Shown: positions 12,266 to 26,386, numbered from the whole stretch's first letter. The stretch is 63,637 bases of DNA, filler included, from Globobulimina sp. (GCA_003354225.1; 26 parts of 26 records of this genome joined end to end with filler, not necessarily neighbours in it); one strand, 5' to 3'. Numbers and translations are program-made. The notes: a model not told the origin generated them from the sequence alone.

Positions 12266-14617
12266 TCTGTGCTTTGCACTAAAATGTATGGATCATATTT
12301 ATATTCAGCATGCCACGGCGATTCAAACTCAATGTTTCCATCCGGAATAATGCTACGTAACAATATCAGTCCTTGATTCTACCTCGTCTTTGAAAACTGC
12401 GTTTGATCAAATTGCTGATTCCATTCAGTAGCACCGTGCCATGTTTCGTTTAATTGTGTAATATTATCCAAGGTCTCTTCAATGATAAAATAATCGATTT
12501 GTGCTTCATCCATCAATATCTTATTTTGTTGCTGTTCAAATTCCGGATCATATAAATATAATGAAAACATTTTGGAAATATAAGTCTTGCAACAAATGTT
12601 ATTTTGTTTTATGGTCTGAGCAGCATTGGGATGAAAGTATTTTGGCCATAAATCAATCAGCATATCCGGCATAAATCTAATTCTCGCGCCTTGAATATAA
12701 AAATAAATCTTTACTAAAGCAGTACTTATATGGCTTATTGAATTGGTTTTAATTATTGTGGCGGCACAAAGGTTGCGAATATCATTTTCATTCTTTTTCT
12801 CTTCTTTTTTATCATCCAAATTATCAGTCGATATTAAAAACGATAAATTAAACATATATCCGCTGCAATTTGATATAGCTCCAAGTCTGGAGTTAAAATG
12901 TGATGATTTTGGTAACAAATAATGAGTCGAACAATAACAATGTGAAATATTTAATAATCCGTGATTTTTTGTGCCAAATAATCGACAATATTCTATTGGT
13001 GGAATAAAGCAAAACAAATAATCACTGGTTTTATATCTACGGTCAATAATAAATATTACACGATTAAGCTCCTTTGTTTTTAATATTTTAATTTGTGATG
13101 ACAAACAATTTAAAATTCTGCCTGTGGTTTTTGTAATATTTGGTTTAGATTTGTAGCACAAATATTCAATTTTATTGATTCTTAAACGCTCTGCGATATC
13201 ACCAATCTCATTTTCTATTATTTCATTATCTTTATCCACCACTTTATTCGGAATAATCCAAAAATCTATGATTAAGGGACATATTGCTGGCTGTGGCTGT
13301 GTATATTGTTTGACTGCATTACACATTGCGATCGTGTACGAAATAAACACCGCATAATTATCCATTATTTTGATACACGTTTTCCAAGAGATATTACGTC
13401 CGAATAAATGAGTATCTGTTGGAGTTGCAAAGTAATATTAAACAATAAATAAAGAAATAAAAACGTAACATTGAGAATATGCCTTTGCTAGAAATGACAT
13501 TGGTTTTGTATAAAAGAGTTGGGTTGATTTATATGTTCGAACTACATAATCTTCATACACTTGATATGTATCATGTGTTTGAAAGAATTCTGCAAAATTA
13601 ACAAACTTTAAATTATCATTTACTAATTTCCGATATCGGATCAGTCCATAAATATCAGCATGGAAACTTAGAGACAACGAAGGACTTTCTGTTAATATCT
13701 CCTCTTTATTTTCTTCGAACTGTTTTGGTATTTTTTCATTTATGGTGCATCTCAGTTGTGTAATTTTCCCTACATTTTGTACATCAAATTTCTTATTTAA
13801 TATTTTACGGATTGACCAATCATGCGGACCAATACAAATTTGTCTCCATTCACTGCCTAATTGTTGATACATAATTGTAATTAACTCATAACATCGCTTT
13901 TTCGTTTCTTGTAATTTGGACTTCTGTAACAAACAATGTATTACATTTAATAAGCGTATCACATAAAAGTTATCCACACTAAAATTTGCTATTGCAATAC
14001 TAGTAAATTTCACAATTGATATCCATGCAAATTCATTGTTAAATTCATCCAAAATATTAATATAATTCTCAATAACACTAAAGACAATTTTAGGTGAAAA
14101 CTGGTAACAGGTTGCAAGTAAGCATTGTGTGGCTTGCTCAGCAAACTTATCATTTTGTAATGCTTTTAATACCAATTTTAAATATACACTAAAAATGCCA
14201 CTGTTACTATCATCTATTCTGGCATTCAACATTGTCATTGTCAGCAATTTCAACATTGTCTGCGTCATTTTTTGCGAGGACATTATATGTGATATTAAGC
14301 TAATTATTGCAACATATAAATCTGTCCAATCTGTATTTGATTGTTGATAATGTTGATACAAACTATCTAAACCATGTATATTGGTTATGATTTGCTGATA
14401 TTGTGTAGTAGAAATATTTAATTTGCTTAATGTTGATGGCATATCCAATAAATTAAATATTTTCGATAATTTTATTGATTCACCATTCTCCTCCAACATC
14501 TGTAATGATATGGATTGTGCCACAGAATAGGTCGATGGCAATGAATGTGAATGGCACGTTTTTTGTATGGACGGAGTCATAATACCTCCGATGCCTTTCT
14601 TGTATTCAATTTGTTGT
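12266..14617 (-). CDS. Hypothetical protein with a degenerate TOG/HEAT-like region (partial; intron 13416-13469, possible 30-nt intron 12353-12382)
   Basis: ORFs 13438..14580 and 12379..13365 join in frame across a 54-nt GT-AG intron. AIANFSV...LLQKSKLQETKKRCYELITIMYQQLG resembles the last HEAT repeats of XMAP215-type TOG domains. Confidence 0.55.
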
Positions 14618-14859
14618 NNNNNNNNNNNNNNNNNNNNNNNNNNNNNNNNNNNNNNNNNNNNTTAATTAATTAANNNNNNNNNNNNNNNNNNNNNNNNNNN
14701 NNNNNNNNNNNNNNNNNTTTTATTTGGTGTTTCAGCAATAAAGTGACTTTTATAGTAGACAAATAAAACTTTTTTACAGGCGTTGTTTGGAATAAAATTT
14801 ATTTTTTTGTACCGTTTCTGTGGAAACAGCCAATTTAAAACTTACTCCATCCGGTAACA

Positions 14860-17069
14860 ATGGCTTCCAATTCAAACGATCACAACTCCAACATATCCAA
14901 TATCCACATAGATGACTCCCAACAACCAGCAGAACTCACAGAATATCCAGACAGCGACACCTTCCGCATCCTAATCGTCACCGACACTCATCTCGGACAT
15001 TTAGAACGTGACAAAGTGCGCCGATACGATTCATTCCGTGCATTCGATGAAGCCCTATCCATCGGCAAACAATACAATGTAGACTTTGTCCTCCACGCAG
15101 GCGACCTATTTGATAAAAACCAACCGTCGCGTTTCACCATGGTCAAAACCCTACACATTCTGCGCAAACACTGTCTCGGCAACAAACCAATCCATTTTCA
15201 AATCGTTTCGGACCAATCACAAAATTTCCCCTCAACCGGTCGCGTAAATTACCAAGACCCAAACTACAACATTTCACTGCCTATCTTTATCCAACACGGC
15301 AACCACGACGACCCCGCCGGCTTAGGCAACCACGCCGCATTGGAACAGCTATCCGCCACTAACTTGGTGAACTACATCGGGCGCGTAGACGACTTGGAAG
15401 ATGTCCGCATTTTCCCTGTCTTAATGCGCAAAGGCAGCACTAAATTGGCTGTCTACCCTTTAGGTTACATCCGCGATGAACGGCTACACCGCGCATTCTT
15501 GCACCACAAAGTAAAATGGATCAAACCCAAAGCAAACCACTCAAATAATGCCTGTGACTGGTTCAACATCGCCATGATTCACCAGAATCGCACCCGACAC
15601 ACCCAACAATATAAAGACTGCATACCCGAGGAGTTCCTGCCCAAATTCCTGGATATCGCGTATTGGGGCCATGAGCATGAATGCGTCATTGATTTGAATG
15701 AGTCGCTGACCGGCAATTTCTTCATCACTCAGCCCGGCAGCACAGTGATAACTAGCTTAAGTCGCAGCGAATCCAAACCCAAATACTGCGGCATTTTGGA
15801 GGTTAAAAACGATGAATGCCGCTTAGTGCCACGCAAATTATTAACTATTCGGCCGTTTGTCTTCGACGACTTGTGTTTGGATGACCATTTTGAACATGAT
15901 ATTGATATTCAAGATATCGATGACTTCTTAAAGGACAAAATTAAAACAATGATCATGACGGCGGAGGAAGAAAACCCTCCGATATCGCAGTTACACGATC
16001 AGCACTTGTCATTTATTACTAATTACACCGCCGCCGAGTTGGACGATAATGAGAATGACAATGAGTCGAAATGCGATCTGTCGCGTTTGCCCATTATACG
16101 CCTACGCGTCGACCATACGCATTTCCCGAAGATCCGCAGTGCGCGGTTTGGACAGAACTTTTTGAATAAGGTGGCGAACCCGGACGAGATCCTATTGTTT
16201 CATAAGAAATCTGCCAGGAAGGAAGTGGAGGGAGATGGCGATGGCGAGGAGAGGCAAATGCGCGGTGGCAATTTGTTTGCTTTTTCGCACGGCGCGGATA
16301 CGACGCATAACATTGAGGACATTGTGACGGCGAATATAACCTCGGAGTCTGCGGAGGCTCTGACCATTTTCGCAGAGTTGGATTTGTTGAAAGCCATTCA
16401 AGAGTTCGTGGATAAGGAAGACCCGCATTGCATTGAGGAATTTTGTGATGCGCGGTTGGATGCCATTGCTGGCAAACTGATTGAGAGTGAATGTGTGGGC
16501 GAAAGTGCAGAGATTATGAAACAGAGCGCGCATATTACCAATAATCGGAGGGTTATACTGCGGCAGCAGAGGAATATGCAGTTGCTGGAGAAGGAGGAGG
16601 AGGAGGGAAAGAATGATAAATTGGAGAGTGATGTGATGGATATTGATGAAGTGAAGCAAATGGCAAAACGGAATGTGAAAGAGAAGGAGAAGGAGCATGG
16701 TGATGAGGTGGTGTTGGTGAAGAAGAAAAAAGCAAATTTGCATAGTTTTGGGCATGGCAATGCGTCACAGAAAGCAAGGGATAACATTGTGAATTCACAA
16801 GTGGAGAATGAGGAGGATAGCGATGATGAGCCGAGAAGGAAAAAAAGCAAATTGTGTGAGGATAAGAGTAAAAGTAATGATGTTCTAAATAGTTTGCTGG
16901 GTTTTGATGATAGTGATTTGGACGAGGATATCGATGAAGATGTGGATATGAGTTCGAGTGTGAACAGGAATAATAGGAATAATAGGAATCATAATAAGAG
17001 TAATCGGGTGTTGAGGAGTCAAAGAAATAGTGGCAATACACAACATTCGTTGGATAATTTTGGGATAAG
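14860..17069 (+). CDS. MRE11: Double-strand break repair nuclease Mre11 (3' partial)
   Basis: Phosphoesterase motifs DTHLG, GDLFD, HGNHDD, HQN, WGHEH and QPGS, plus LPIIRLRVD and RFGQNF..KVANP. Confidence 0.97.
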
Positions 17070-17234
17070 NNNNNNNNNNNNNNNNNNNNNNNNNNNNNNN
17101 NNNNNNNNNNNNNTTAATTAATTAANNNNNNNNNNNNNNNNNNNNNNNNNNNNNNNNNNNNNNNNNNNNGGCTTCTGACATTAACCCAATTGACAAGTGA
17201 AAATCATCTTCCAATAGTGACCTTGATAAGGTAT

Positions 17235-19521
17235 CTAGGAATAAATAAAGCGTAGGAAACTCAAGACGGGGCATGTAATGCAGAGGTGGGTTTCTATTGG
17301 CTGAGTGATATCGCTGTGGCAGAGCTTGCAATGGTCGGGTAAATGGTGGAAATTATAGTATATTCTCCTATATGGTTCAATCATTCGGTCAAGCACAAAA
17401 TCGGCTAAGTCCTGGACTTCATATGTGTGCATTGCAGTGTAATCGGACAAGTGGTACTGTAGGACACGGAACGGATGATACTCGTTGAATGAGCTTACTA
17501 TTTCTTTGTGTTGGTTGAGGACTATGATGGGACGTAGCTCCGAGGAGGACTCAACGTCGTCAAATACATCAACCAATGTGCTTATGCCTTCAATTATGCG
17601 TTGTTCATTGGGCAGCCAAGTGTTTTTCAGGTCGGCGTATTGTTTATAAAGTGTGTAGTTTTGGATATTTTGGATGTTTCTCCATTTGTGCATGTATGTG
17701 ATGGGCTTATTCTTGCATAGTTTCCAATAAAAAGCTAATTTGAGAACTGCCCATCTTTCAATGGGAGATGGGATTCCTGCGAATATGGAGAACTGTTTGA
17801 AAACAAACTTTTTAATTCCTGTGTGATTGTGTATTACTTTTATCTGTTTATCGGTGGCTTCTTTCAGATTTATGGTGTTGCAATCCAGGACCTGGGCAAA
17901 TATTTCCGTATATACTAAATAGAAAGTTTTTAAGATTCTTAGTTTGTCACTTAGTGAAATGAAGCTGTGATTAAAATCAAGTTGTGCCAGCATCCTTGCT
18001 TTTTGGTCTAGTTTGTTTAGGAAGCTACGATTAGTGAATGACGTAGATACTAAGTTGTTGTTATCATAGGAACAAAGATGCGCACCGAGGTACCGTAAAT
18101 GCGTTGCGTTTGTCATAGATTTATTGTTCATCTTGCATTGGTAATGCATTTTAGAAATGGACCAGCTGGAATCGTATATAACGTTATCCCAGATTATGTG
18201 AAAGGGTTTGTCAGAGATTTTATTGTTGTAATACTGGCAATGCTCTTTGTAGGAGCTCATTATCTGTGGTGGGATGTCATCGACGCCGTAGTTTGTTATG
18301 TGGCCGTCAATATTCATGGCCATTACTTGTTTGTTCGCCAGGCGTTGGATTATCATCATTGGGGCTTGTTTCTGGTTATTATGGTGGATTTTAGTGTGAT
18401 ATTCGTTTGTTATTATTTGCTTTTGTGCTGTGTTATGGTGGTGGATGTTATTCGTGCGTAGTGTCTGGTCGTTGTAGATCATGGTCTTGCATTTTGCAGC
18501 ATTGAGTATAGGCCCAGTCTGTGCTGTGTGTTTCACATATTTTTAGCAGGGCTGCTAATTTCTCCACAGTGTTGGCAGTGAGGATGACATCGTCGGCGTA
18601 AAATATGCAGGCGATAAGTTGGTGGAGTTCTGTGGAAATCGCCCCTTTTTGCGAGTTTTGCAGATTGTCAATCATATCATCAATGAACGCAGCGAACAGC
18701 AGCGGGCTAAGGACAGAGCCTTGAAGCACTCCATTGTGCAGTTGGAAGAGGTGTGTTATGAATGGGATGTCACGGATTGCGGAGTGGGAGTTATCATATA
18801 TCGCTTTGATTATTTTGCAGAGTTTTATTGGGATTTTGAAATTGTTGTGCAGTTTGTACAATAATCTCTTCCGCCAGACCGTGTCGAATGCTTTGCAGAT
18901 ATCAAGGGAGGCACAGTAAAGGGGTATGTTACGTTTGTTTGCGGTTTCAGCGATGAGGTGTAGTGTACCAATTTGCTCCGGCACTCCTCTTTTTGCACGA
19001 TTACCTCCTTGGAGTATGTGCAGGTTCCGTCTGAAGCCATGTTCTATATTCATGTTCCACAGAATCAGCCGCTAGTACGTTTTAAAGATGATTGGTAGGA
19101 GCGTGATGGGTCTGTAGTGATTAGGAGTGTCACCATCCGGCTTTTTCAAGATGGATATTATTGACCCTAATCTGCAGTAATATGGGATGATGTAGGTGGA
19201 GTTCCAAACATTGAATAGTGTGCAAAGCAGCTGGTTGATGACATCGCTGTTAATGTGGAGATGTGCGGACTTCACACCGTCATAGCCGGGAGCAGAGTTT
19301 CCATTGGCAAACTGGAGTGCCATTTCAATGGAAGAGTATTTGAGGCAGGGGTCGGCATCCTGATTATTCGGAGTGTCACTGCTATGATGGTCCGATCCGT
19401 CATTGTTATCTTGATCAGAGTCAGGGATTATGGCCCCGCCAGGGGTATTAATCATCATGTCCGTGATCACATCATTGTCATCGTTATTTCCAAGATGCTG
19501 TGGTTCTATGGCTTGGTGTTC
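17235..19521 (-). mobile_element. Degenerate non-LTR retrotransposon RT region (one nonsense codon, one frameshift)
   Basis: APGYDG and YRPITLL, then an in-frame TAG at 19072-19074. Next come DICKAFD, LQGSVLSP and YADD, a frameshift near 18505, LNAAKC and YLG, and a C-terminal CxxC..H...C knuckle. Confidence 0.9.
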
Positions 19522-19621
19522 NNNNNNNNNNNNNNNNNNNNNNNNNNNNNNNNNNNNNNNNNNNNTTAATTAATTAANNNNNNNNNNNNNNNNNNNNNNN
19601 NNNNNNNNNNNNNNNNNNNNN

Positions 19622-21973
19622 ACATTATACATAAAAAATGTTGTGTTTGATGGAAATAATTTCAATGTAAATCAAAATGGTAACGCATTTTGGGAGTTTA
19701 CCGATGTCAGAGTACAATTATTTTTTTATGATTGTTATTTTACAAATATTGATGCAATGTTTTTGTTTTCGAATGGTGTCACGGCCTTATTCTCAAATTG
19801 CACATTCAATGCGAATACAATATCATTAAACACATTATTATCTGGAAATGATGCAATGTTTTTTATAAATGCTTCTTATGTCACCTTTGAACATTGTGTC
19901 TTTTCCAATAATATCCATAGAGGAAGACCGTTATTTGTAATTGCAAACAATGCCTTTGTGTCAATGAAAAACGTCTCATTTATTGGAAATATTGATTTAT
20001 TCAACAATGCCACACTGATTATGATGAACTCAAAGGAATCCACATTGAATATTATCCAATCTGTATTTATGCGCAATTATGGCTATGAAAGCATTATTCG
20101 TGGCATTAATTTAAATCCATCCAATAATAATAAATTTGAATGCGTTTCAAACAACATCAATATCTCAAATATCAATATTATATCTTGTTATTTTAAGAAG
20201 AATAATGTGAGTCATTTATTATTGAGTAAAGGCGGAAATATATATATTGATAATAACACATTGTTTGAGGATAATTTGTGTGATGAATATTGCTTATTTA
20301 CAAAAGATGCATCCGTTGAATTGGCTGGTAATTATTCAAACGCACCATCTAATTTTTTACAATTCGCACAATCACTGCCTGCAATCAACAACATTGGTTT
20401 ATGCATTACAAATAAAATGAATGCACAATTTGAATCTGATATATTTTCCTTTAATATTATTAAAGCAAACAGTAAAATTATTTATGGTGAATGTTTGCCG
20501 CAATGGCAATTAAATTATGCTGTAACATTTGATACTTTTGATACAGAGTTATATCCAAAGCACGTCGCAGTATTTTATGTTCCGGGAGACGCAGTCGATA
20601 AAATATTGGGTTGCTTTGCAAATAATATAACTTTATGTGAGATTTATTGTAATGTCACTGTCTCCTGCTTTGGAAGTATAATATCTGTGGATAAGCAACA
20701 TACGAATATCTTATGTGAGTCCACCTCATCGTGTCAGAATGCAAGAATTACAGCAAATAATTTGAATTTTATCAATACGTCCCTTCATATTATCTGTCAT
20801 CAAAAATCAGCTTGTAAAGCAATTCAAGTTTTATCGGATGGGGTTGATTATTTTCGAATGGATTGTCTGACCAAAGATTCATGCTTGAATGCAATAATTA
20901 ACATCACCTCTACGATCAGAGCAGAAATATCGTGCTTTGAAGGCAATGCTTGCGATCATATGAAAGTTTCGACTGATTATAATAATATAATTTTAACATT
21001 ACATAAATTCAGTGCCAATATAAAGATACATAATAATGTTGGTTATACTGTCAATAATTTAATATGTGGCGATGAGGACTCATACATCGTATTAAGCAAT
21101 GAATATAACACAGCCAATAAATCATTATTACAAACTTTATATAATCCATTGCCATGTCATGATGTTGAATTTATTTGCAATGCAATCAATTCGTGTGCCG
21201 TACAACAGACACTACATTTCCCTGCAAACAATCTTAATTTTGATGCGTTTACCATTTGTTATGCACCGATTTTCTATATAGATATGATTGACACAGATTG
21301 CATTGGTTCCTGTCCAAACTCGCCAACCAATGACCCTTCCAAATATCCAACTGCTTCACCAACCCAACCACCCTCTAATCCGCCTTCCTTTGCACCAATA
21401 TTATATCCAACAATCCAACCGTCCATAAATCCGACTTCAAATCCGACATTATATCCCACCATTTTACCAAGTTCAAATCCGACAATACAGCCAACATCAC
21501 CACCGACAATATATCCAACCACTGAACCATCCATAAATCCCACTATTAATCCAACAATAATTCCTAGCCATATTCCATCCTTTCCACCAACCACAAATCC
21601 AAGCATCCAACCAACATTATATCCGACTGTGAATCCAACATTACATCCAACTGTTACACCAACATCACAACCAACTGACGAACCATCAGCAATTCCAACA
21701 TTCCATCCAAGTCCAAGTAGCATACCAACTGTTGATCCAATATCATATAAACCATCAAATATAATATCAATAAGTCCGAGTAATACACTCAGCAAAAATC
21801 CTACATCCAATCCAACAAAGATACCGTCCGATATTCCTTCCTTTTTTGCAACATCTCAATTCACTCAAACTCATATTCCAACAACATTTCCTGCACAAAC
21901 TCTATTAACAACAACCATGGACAACACAGAAGAATCAATGTCCAAAATTGCAGCGGATACCGGTGTTCAATTT
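19622..21973 (+). CDS. Large surface/adhesin-like protein fragment: beta-helix-like repeats, Cys-rich repeats and a PT/PS stalk
   Basis: Repeated CxFxxN/SxFxxN motifs, repeated CxxxxS/AC units, and an (xPT/xPS)n tract. Confidence 0.7.
21315..21835 (+). repeat. Coding 12-nt-period repeat (xxPT/PS tetrapeptides)
   Basis: SPTNDPSKYPTASPTQPPSNPPSF... through NPTKIPS. Confidence 0.9.
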
Positions 21974-23280
21974 NNNNNNNNNNNNNNNNNNNNNNNNNNN
22001 NNNNNNNNNNNNNNNNNTTAATTAATTAANNNNNNNNNNNNNNNNNNNNNNNNNNNNNNNNNNNNNNNNNNNNAGTAATAAATACAAACTACAAGTGCTA
22101 TTTGCAAACTTGTAAAAATTTTGCATTTAAAGATAAAGAAGTTTTTCGCTAAATGTGAGCTGCACTCAAGATGACAAATTAGCTGCACTGAGTGCACTCA
22201 ATCCTTGTTGAGATGTTGTAAATTTTGTATTCTCCCATAACTCACTAGAAAGAATGCAAACAACATAAATATAATATTTAGCGTTGAAATAAAATAGAAA
22301 GAAGTCCCAAGACATCGACCACTTTTAATAATTTGTCTTGGAACTTTTTTCTTTCTTTCACATTTTTTGAAACACAGAAATCAGAAAAAAAAGGCAGAAA
22401 TATTAAGGCCCATTAATCCAATGCCACATGTCACAAATTAGCTAGCCATATTCCGCCAGAAATCCATCATATTCCGCCACAAATTAGCTAGCAAATGCAG
22501 TTGTGTAATAATAGTCGATGTAGATCCATACTTGGCTCGCTCCATTGGATTTAACATTTCGCAAAAGGAAACAATAATATTGGTAGCTGTGCTCAAAGTT
22601 TCATAATCCACATTTCGATTATCACTCATATTTTTGATCAAATCTCTGATATTGCCGTGGTTATCCAATTTGGCGAATTGGCCGTCCATAAATCTCCCTC
22701 AGATTGTGGTGGCTTAAATATGTATTATTTATTCCTAATTTCCATATTTATTTTATTATTTCATCGCTCAATTTCTTCCCTTTTAATATTACAATCGACC
22801 AAAATATGCACACGATTCTTTTCTCAGTTCGCTGACATTGAGCTATTTTGTGTCATTGAATATGAATTATGGATTCGTTAAATTTAAATTCATGTTTTAA
22901 ATCTGGATCCATTGAGGTTGTGTCTTCTGTGACATATTGCGGTGGTGATTGGTGTCTGTGGTTTGGTTTCAGAGGATTTCGGGAACGCATTTGTGTTTGC
23001 TGTTTCCATCTGTTAATTGCATACACCTCTGCAAAAATACCACCTAATAAGGGTGGCACGAACATGTCGTCCTTGTTTTACAAAATGGGATTAGTAGCGC
23101 ATTTGAATCATTGAATCAACAGAACAACCTATGAAAAAGTCTAATTAGTTGTATACTGGACAGACGCGACAGAATTTGCTTTAGTATATGGATTTCTCAT
23201 TTGTAAATATCTGTCAATTCCAACAATCCCTTTATTATTCAATGCACTCCATTCAGCGTTGATCGCATTACAAATTCCAT

Positions 23281-24035
23281 TCAATACAGGAAAGGATGCG
23301 CGATGTCATCCAGTTGTCTGATGTGTTCCTTCTTTTTTCTCTGATTTGAAACAAACTTACCATTTTGCGCATTCAATGAAACAAATGCACTCATCACAGA
23401 ATAGATAGGGTCAGAATAGTTAACAATTTTGTTTTTGGTAATAAGTTTGCAAACACAATAGGAACCCACGGTACTCTTGATTGAGAGGGACCCTTTTCTA
23501 TCAAATAACAATATTTATCCATATCTGATGTGTGTTTGATGTTGTTTCGCATACTTTGGATGAATACATTTTATATTATCATAACGGTACAGAGTTTGTT
23601 TTTTGGATGAGATTGGATGAAGCCGATTATGTTTGACAATGTTTGATTATTTGCGCGGTACTCGAGAATGTATTCATTCCACTCTTGCGTGGTTAATATT
23701 GGTTGGCATTTCCATGTGTTTGCTCCATTCCAAAAGGCTCTTTCAAACCCAAACTGGACTATATTTGAATATAATGACAGCAGATCAAGCAATGAACGAG
23801 TACCACATTTGGGTGGGCCCAGTATGTTTAGAGATGGAATGGGTGGAACTTGGTAAGAACGGTTGTGTTGGCGATCGTTGATATATTCCATCGGAGGAGA
23901 TTCGGAAAAATTGTAGGAAGTTTGGAGCGAGAGCATAGATGATTCATTTGTGTTGATGTGTGCGAAGAAGCATAGATGATTCATTGCAAATATTGACCAA
24001 AATAGCAGGTTCGTCAGCGAACATTTGGAAGACAT
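23281..24035 (-). pseudogene. Sulfotransferase (heparan-sulfate sulfotransferase-like), disrupted
   Basis: N-terminal hydrophobic anchor and PAPS loop ILGPPKCGT. In-frame TAA at 23571-23573, then EKGPS...LLPKTKLLTIL, with a frameshift near 23413 just before DPI (the ILRDP motif). Confidence 0.65.
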
Positions 24036-24139
24036 GGGCTCACAGTTTTTTCTTGTGGTGACTAATGTTTTCAGAGATGATGTCTTTCAGGCCTTATACA
24101 ATTTTATTACGTTAACAATTACAAATCAAGAACCAGATC

Positions 24140-24425
24140 TTATTTGTGTTGCGACAATAGAAAAGTGCCCAATCGATCATATAACCACTGTCGACTCGAC
24201 ACATTCTGTTCGAGCCTTTCAAATGCGTCTGTTTTGTCTCTCAATTCCTCAGTCTTTTGTTGCAGTGATGTTTCCAATTTCTGGACTCTTTCGGCATTTT
24301 CTTTCTTTAATTTCTCGATTTCTTTGATTAAATCCTGCTTTTCTCCATTGATTGTCTCGATTCTGAGATGATTTTGTGAGATTAATTCCCTTTTCTCCTT
24401 TTCGTACGTGACTGTCTGCTCAAAA
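24140..24425 (-). CDS. C-terminus of a coiled-coil protein (5' partial)
   Basis: My translation reads EKQDLIKEIEKLKKENAERVQKLETSLQQKTEELRDK...LLSQHK, ending TAA at 24140-24142. Not called by the ORF track because it has no start codon. Confidence 0.6.
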
Positions 24426-24535
24426 NNNNNNNNNNNNNNNNNNNNNNNNNNNNNNNNNNNNNNNNNNNNTTAATTAATTAANNNNNNNNNNNNNNNNNNN
24501 NNNNNNNNNNNNNNNNNNNNNNNNNACGGCATGTA

Positions 24536-25020
24536 CTAACCGGCCCGGGACCAGCCCAGGTCGTCAATGGCATAACTGCAAACCACTTCCAGCAGGCTGA
24601 TGGTGCTGGTCAAGGCCGCAAAACCAATGAGCAGGTAGAAAATGGCGTTGAAAAAGCTGGCTGCCGGCAATTGGGCAAACACCGTGGGGATGGTGGTGAA
24701 CAGGATGGTGCTGCTTTTGGAAACGTCGATGTTTGAACTGTTGATGATGGAAAACATGATCACGCAGGCGATCAGGGCGATCAGAGTGTCGAGAATGGAT
24801 ATCTGGAAGGCGGCCCTGGGGATGCTGATATCCTTGCCGATGTAGCTGCCATAAGTGAGCATGGCGCCCATACCCAAGCTGAGGGTGAAGAAAGCGTGGC
24901 CCAGGGCTTCGAGAACCGAACCGGTGGTCAAGGTGCTGAAGTCCGGAATGAAAAGGAAGCGCAGGGCTTCGCTGAACCCGCTGGTGGTGCTGCTGTAAAC
25001 CAGCAGAATGAGCAATATGA
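24536..25020 (-). CDS. Bacterial sodium-dependent transporter fragment (NSS/SNF family)
   Basis: ALGHAFFTLSLGMGAMLTYGSY and FAALTSTISLLE. About 55-60% GC, unlike the rest of the contig. Confidence 0.9.
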
Positions 25021-25981
25021 GAAAGCATTGTTGTTATACGATTTGCTGTGTCGACATAGACAATTGCATGGAAACAAAGGCGAGACTGAGATTTTAGAGG
25101 GTTTGATTGAAGAAAATAAGAAGAAAATACGCGATGACGAGGATAATGCATTGTATATAGCTCAGAAACAAGAACATTTGCATGCGTTGATCCAGTTGGA
25201 AGATATTAAAATTAGATTAAATGCGGAGATTAAAGAAATTGAGGGCGAGATTAAAAATAAAAATATAAATTCCATGGATATTCTGCAATATACGCAATTA
25301 TTTGAGATGAGCAAGCAACATAATAAATTATTGCAATTTAATCTGTTTTTTAATACCAAATTCCGTGATTATGTAAGTTATAAATCCCAATCTGATGACT
25401 TTGATGATTTGCGCAATGAGTTGGAGAGTGTGGTTAATCAGCAACAGAGAGCTCACTTTTTCATTAATTGCATCTCTGCCAAGCCCAATGCGATAAATAT
25501 CGATTTTAAATTATATAAACAATTGTTGCTGTTAGCACAGGATAAGTTTGATGATGCAAACGAGAAATTGATCAAATTAAGCAAAAATTTAGCAAAATAT
25601 AACGATAATTTTTTTAATGTTAACAATGCGAAATTGGCGGATGTGTTTATATCGCGTTTGGCAGATTTATTAGTTTTGTATCGAGTGTGTAAAACCATTG
25701 GAAACGGATTAGATTTAATAAAAGATGCCTTGTCGGAGAATGATATCATTAAACAATGTATAAAAGCATGGCGTATTATATATAATAAATTCAATCATTG
25801 TATATTAACGGCGAGGAATGATATTATCGAGAAATTTATTATTAAGCAAGAGGAGGATGGCAATGATGATAATGTATCAATATATAAACTATGGGATATC
25901 CAGGAGTACAATCAGAGTAATCATGTGTTGCCAAATAAAGAACAAATCTCACAAATATTGATGCATATGAATCAAATATAA
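25021..25981 (+). CDS. Eukaryotic helical/coiled-coil hypothetical protein (5' end lost at the junction)
   Basis: Long AT-rich open frame ending in TAA. No family recognised. Confidence 0.6.
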
Positions 25982-26386
25982 ATATATATGTTTCTATTCT
26001 ATGAACAGTGTATCAAGAAATTATCCGAAGCTTAACGGGAATTTCTTTCTATTTTTCTATATTAATGTACTATGAAATTTTGTTTTCTTGTTATGTTTCT
26101 CTAAGGTTTTACATGAATATCTGTAATTTGTAATAGTCGTTGGAGTTATAACTATTTATATGTTCTTGGTGGCCACCAAAATAAACACATTTGCCGTGTT
26201 GATTTTTTTTTGCACGGACTTTTGTCCGAACTTCACAGAAAAGCAAAAAAAAAAGGTATAATGAGTTTCCGTAGCTCTGCAACGCAAAATTAGAAATATC
26301 ACAATATAAAGTGATATAAATATTATACTATACATAACAACATAAAAACAACCAAAAAAAAAAACAACATAAAAATAACAACAGTT

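Noticed and set aside
19072-19074. Stop-codon reassignment suggested by in-frame stops (also 23571 and 46184)
   Set aside because: These stops occur in sequences that also carry frameshifts. Intact genes end with TAA, TAG and TGA, and long conserved genes have no internal stops.
21274-21810. Gly/Val-rich minus-strand ORF
   Set aside because: It is the antisense shadow of the PT repeat. The same applies to antisense ORFs over MRE11, NHP2 and the cyclophilin.
24896-25981. 361-aa ORF as a single gene
   Set aside because: The first 40 or so codons are the antisense strand of the bacterial NSS fragment across a compositional junction.
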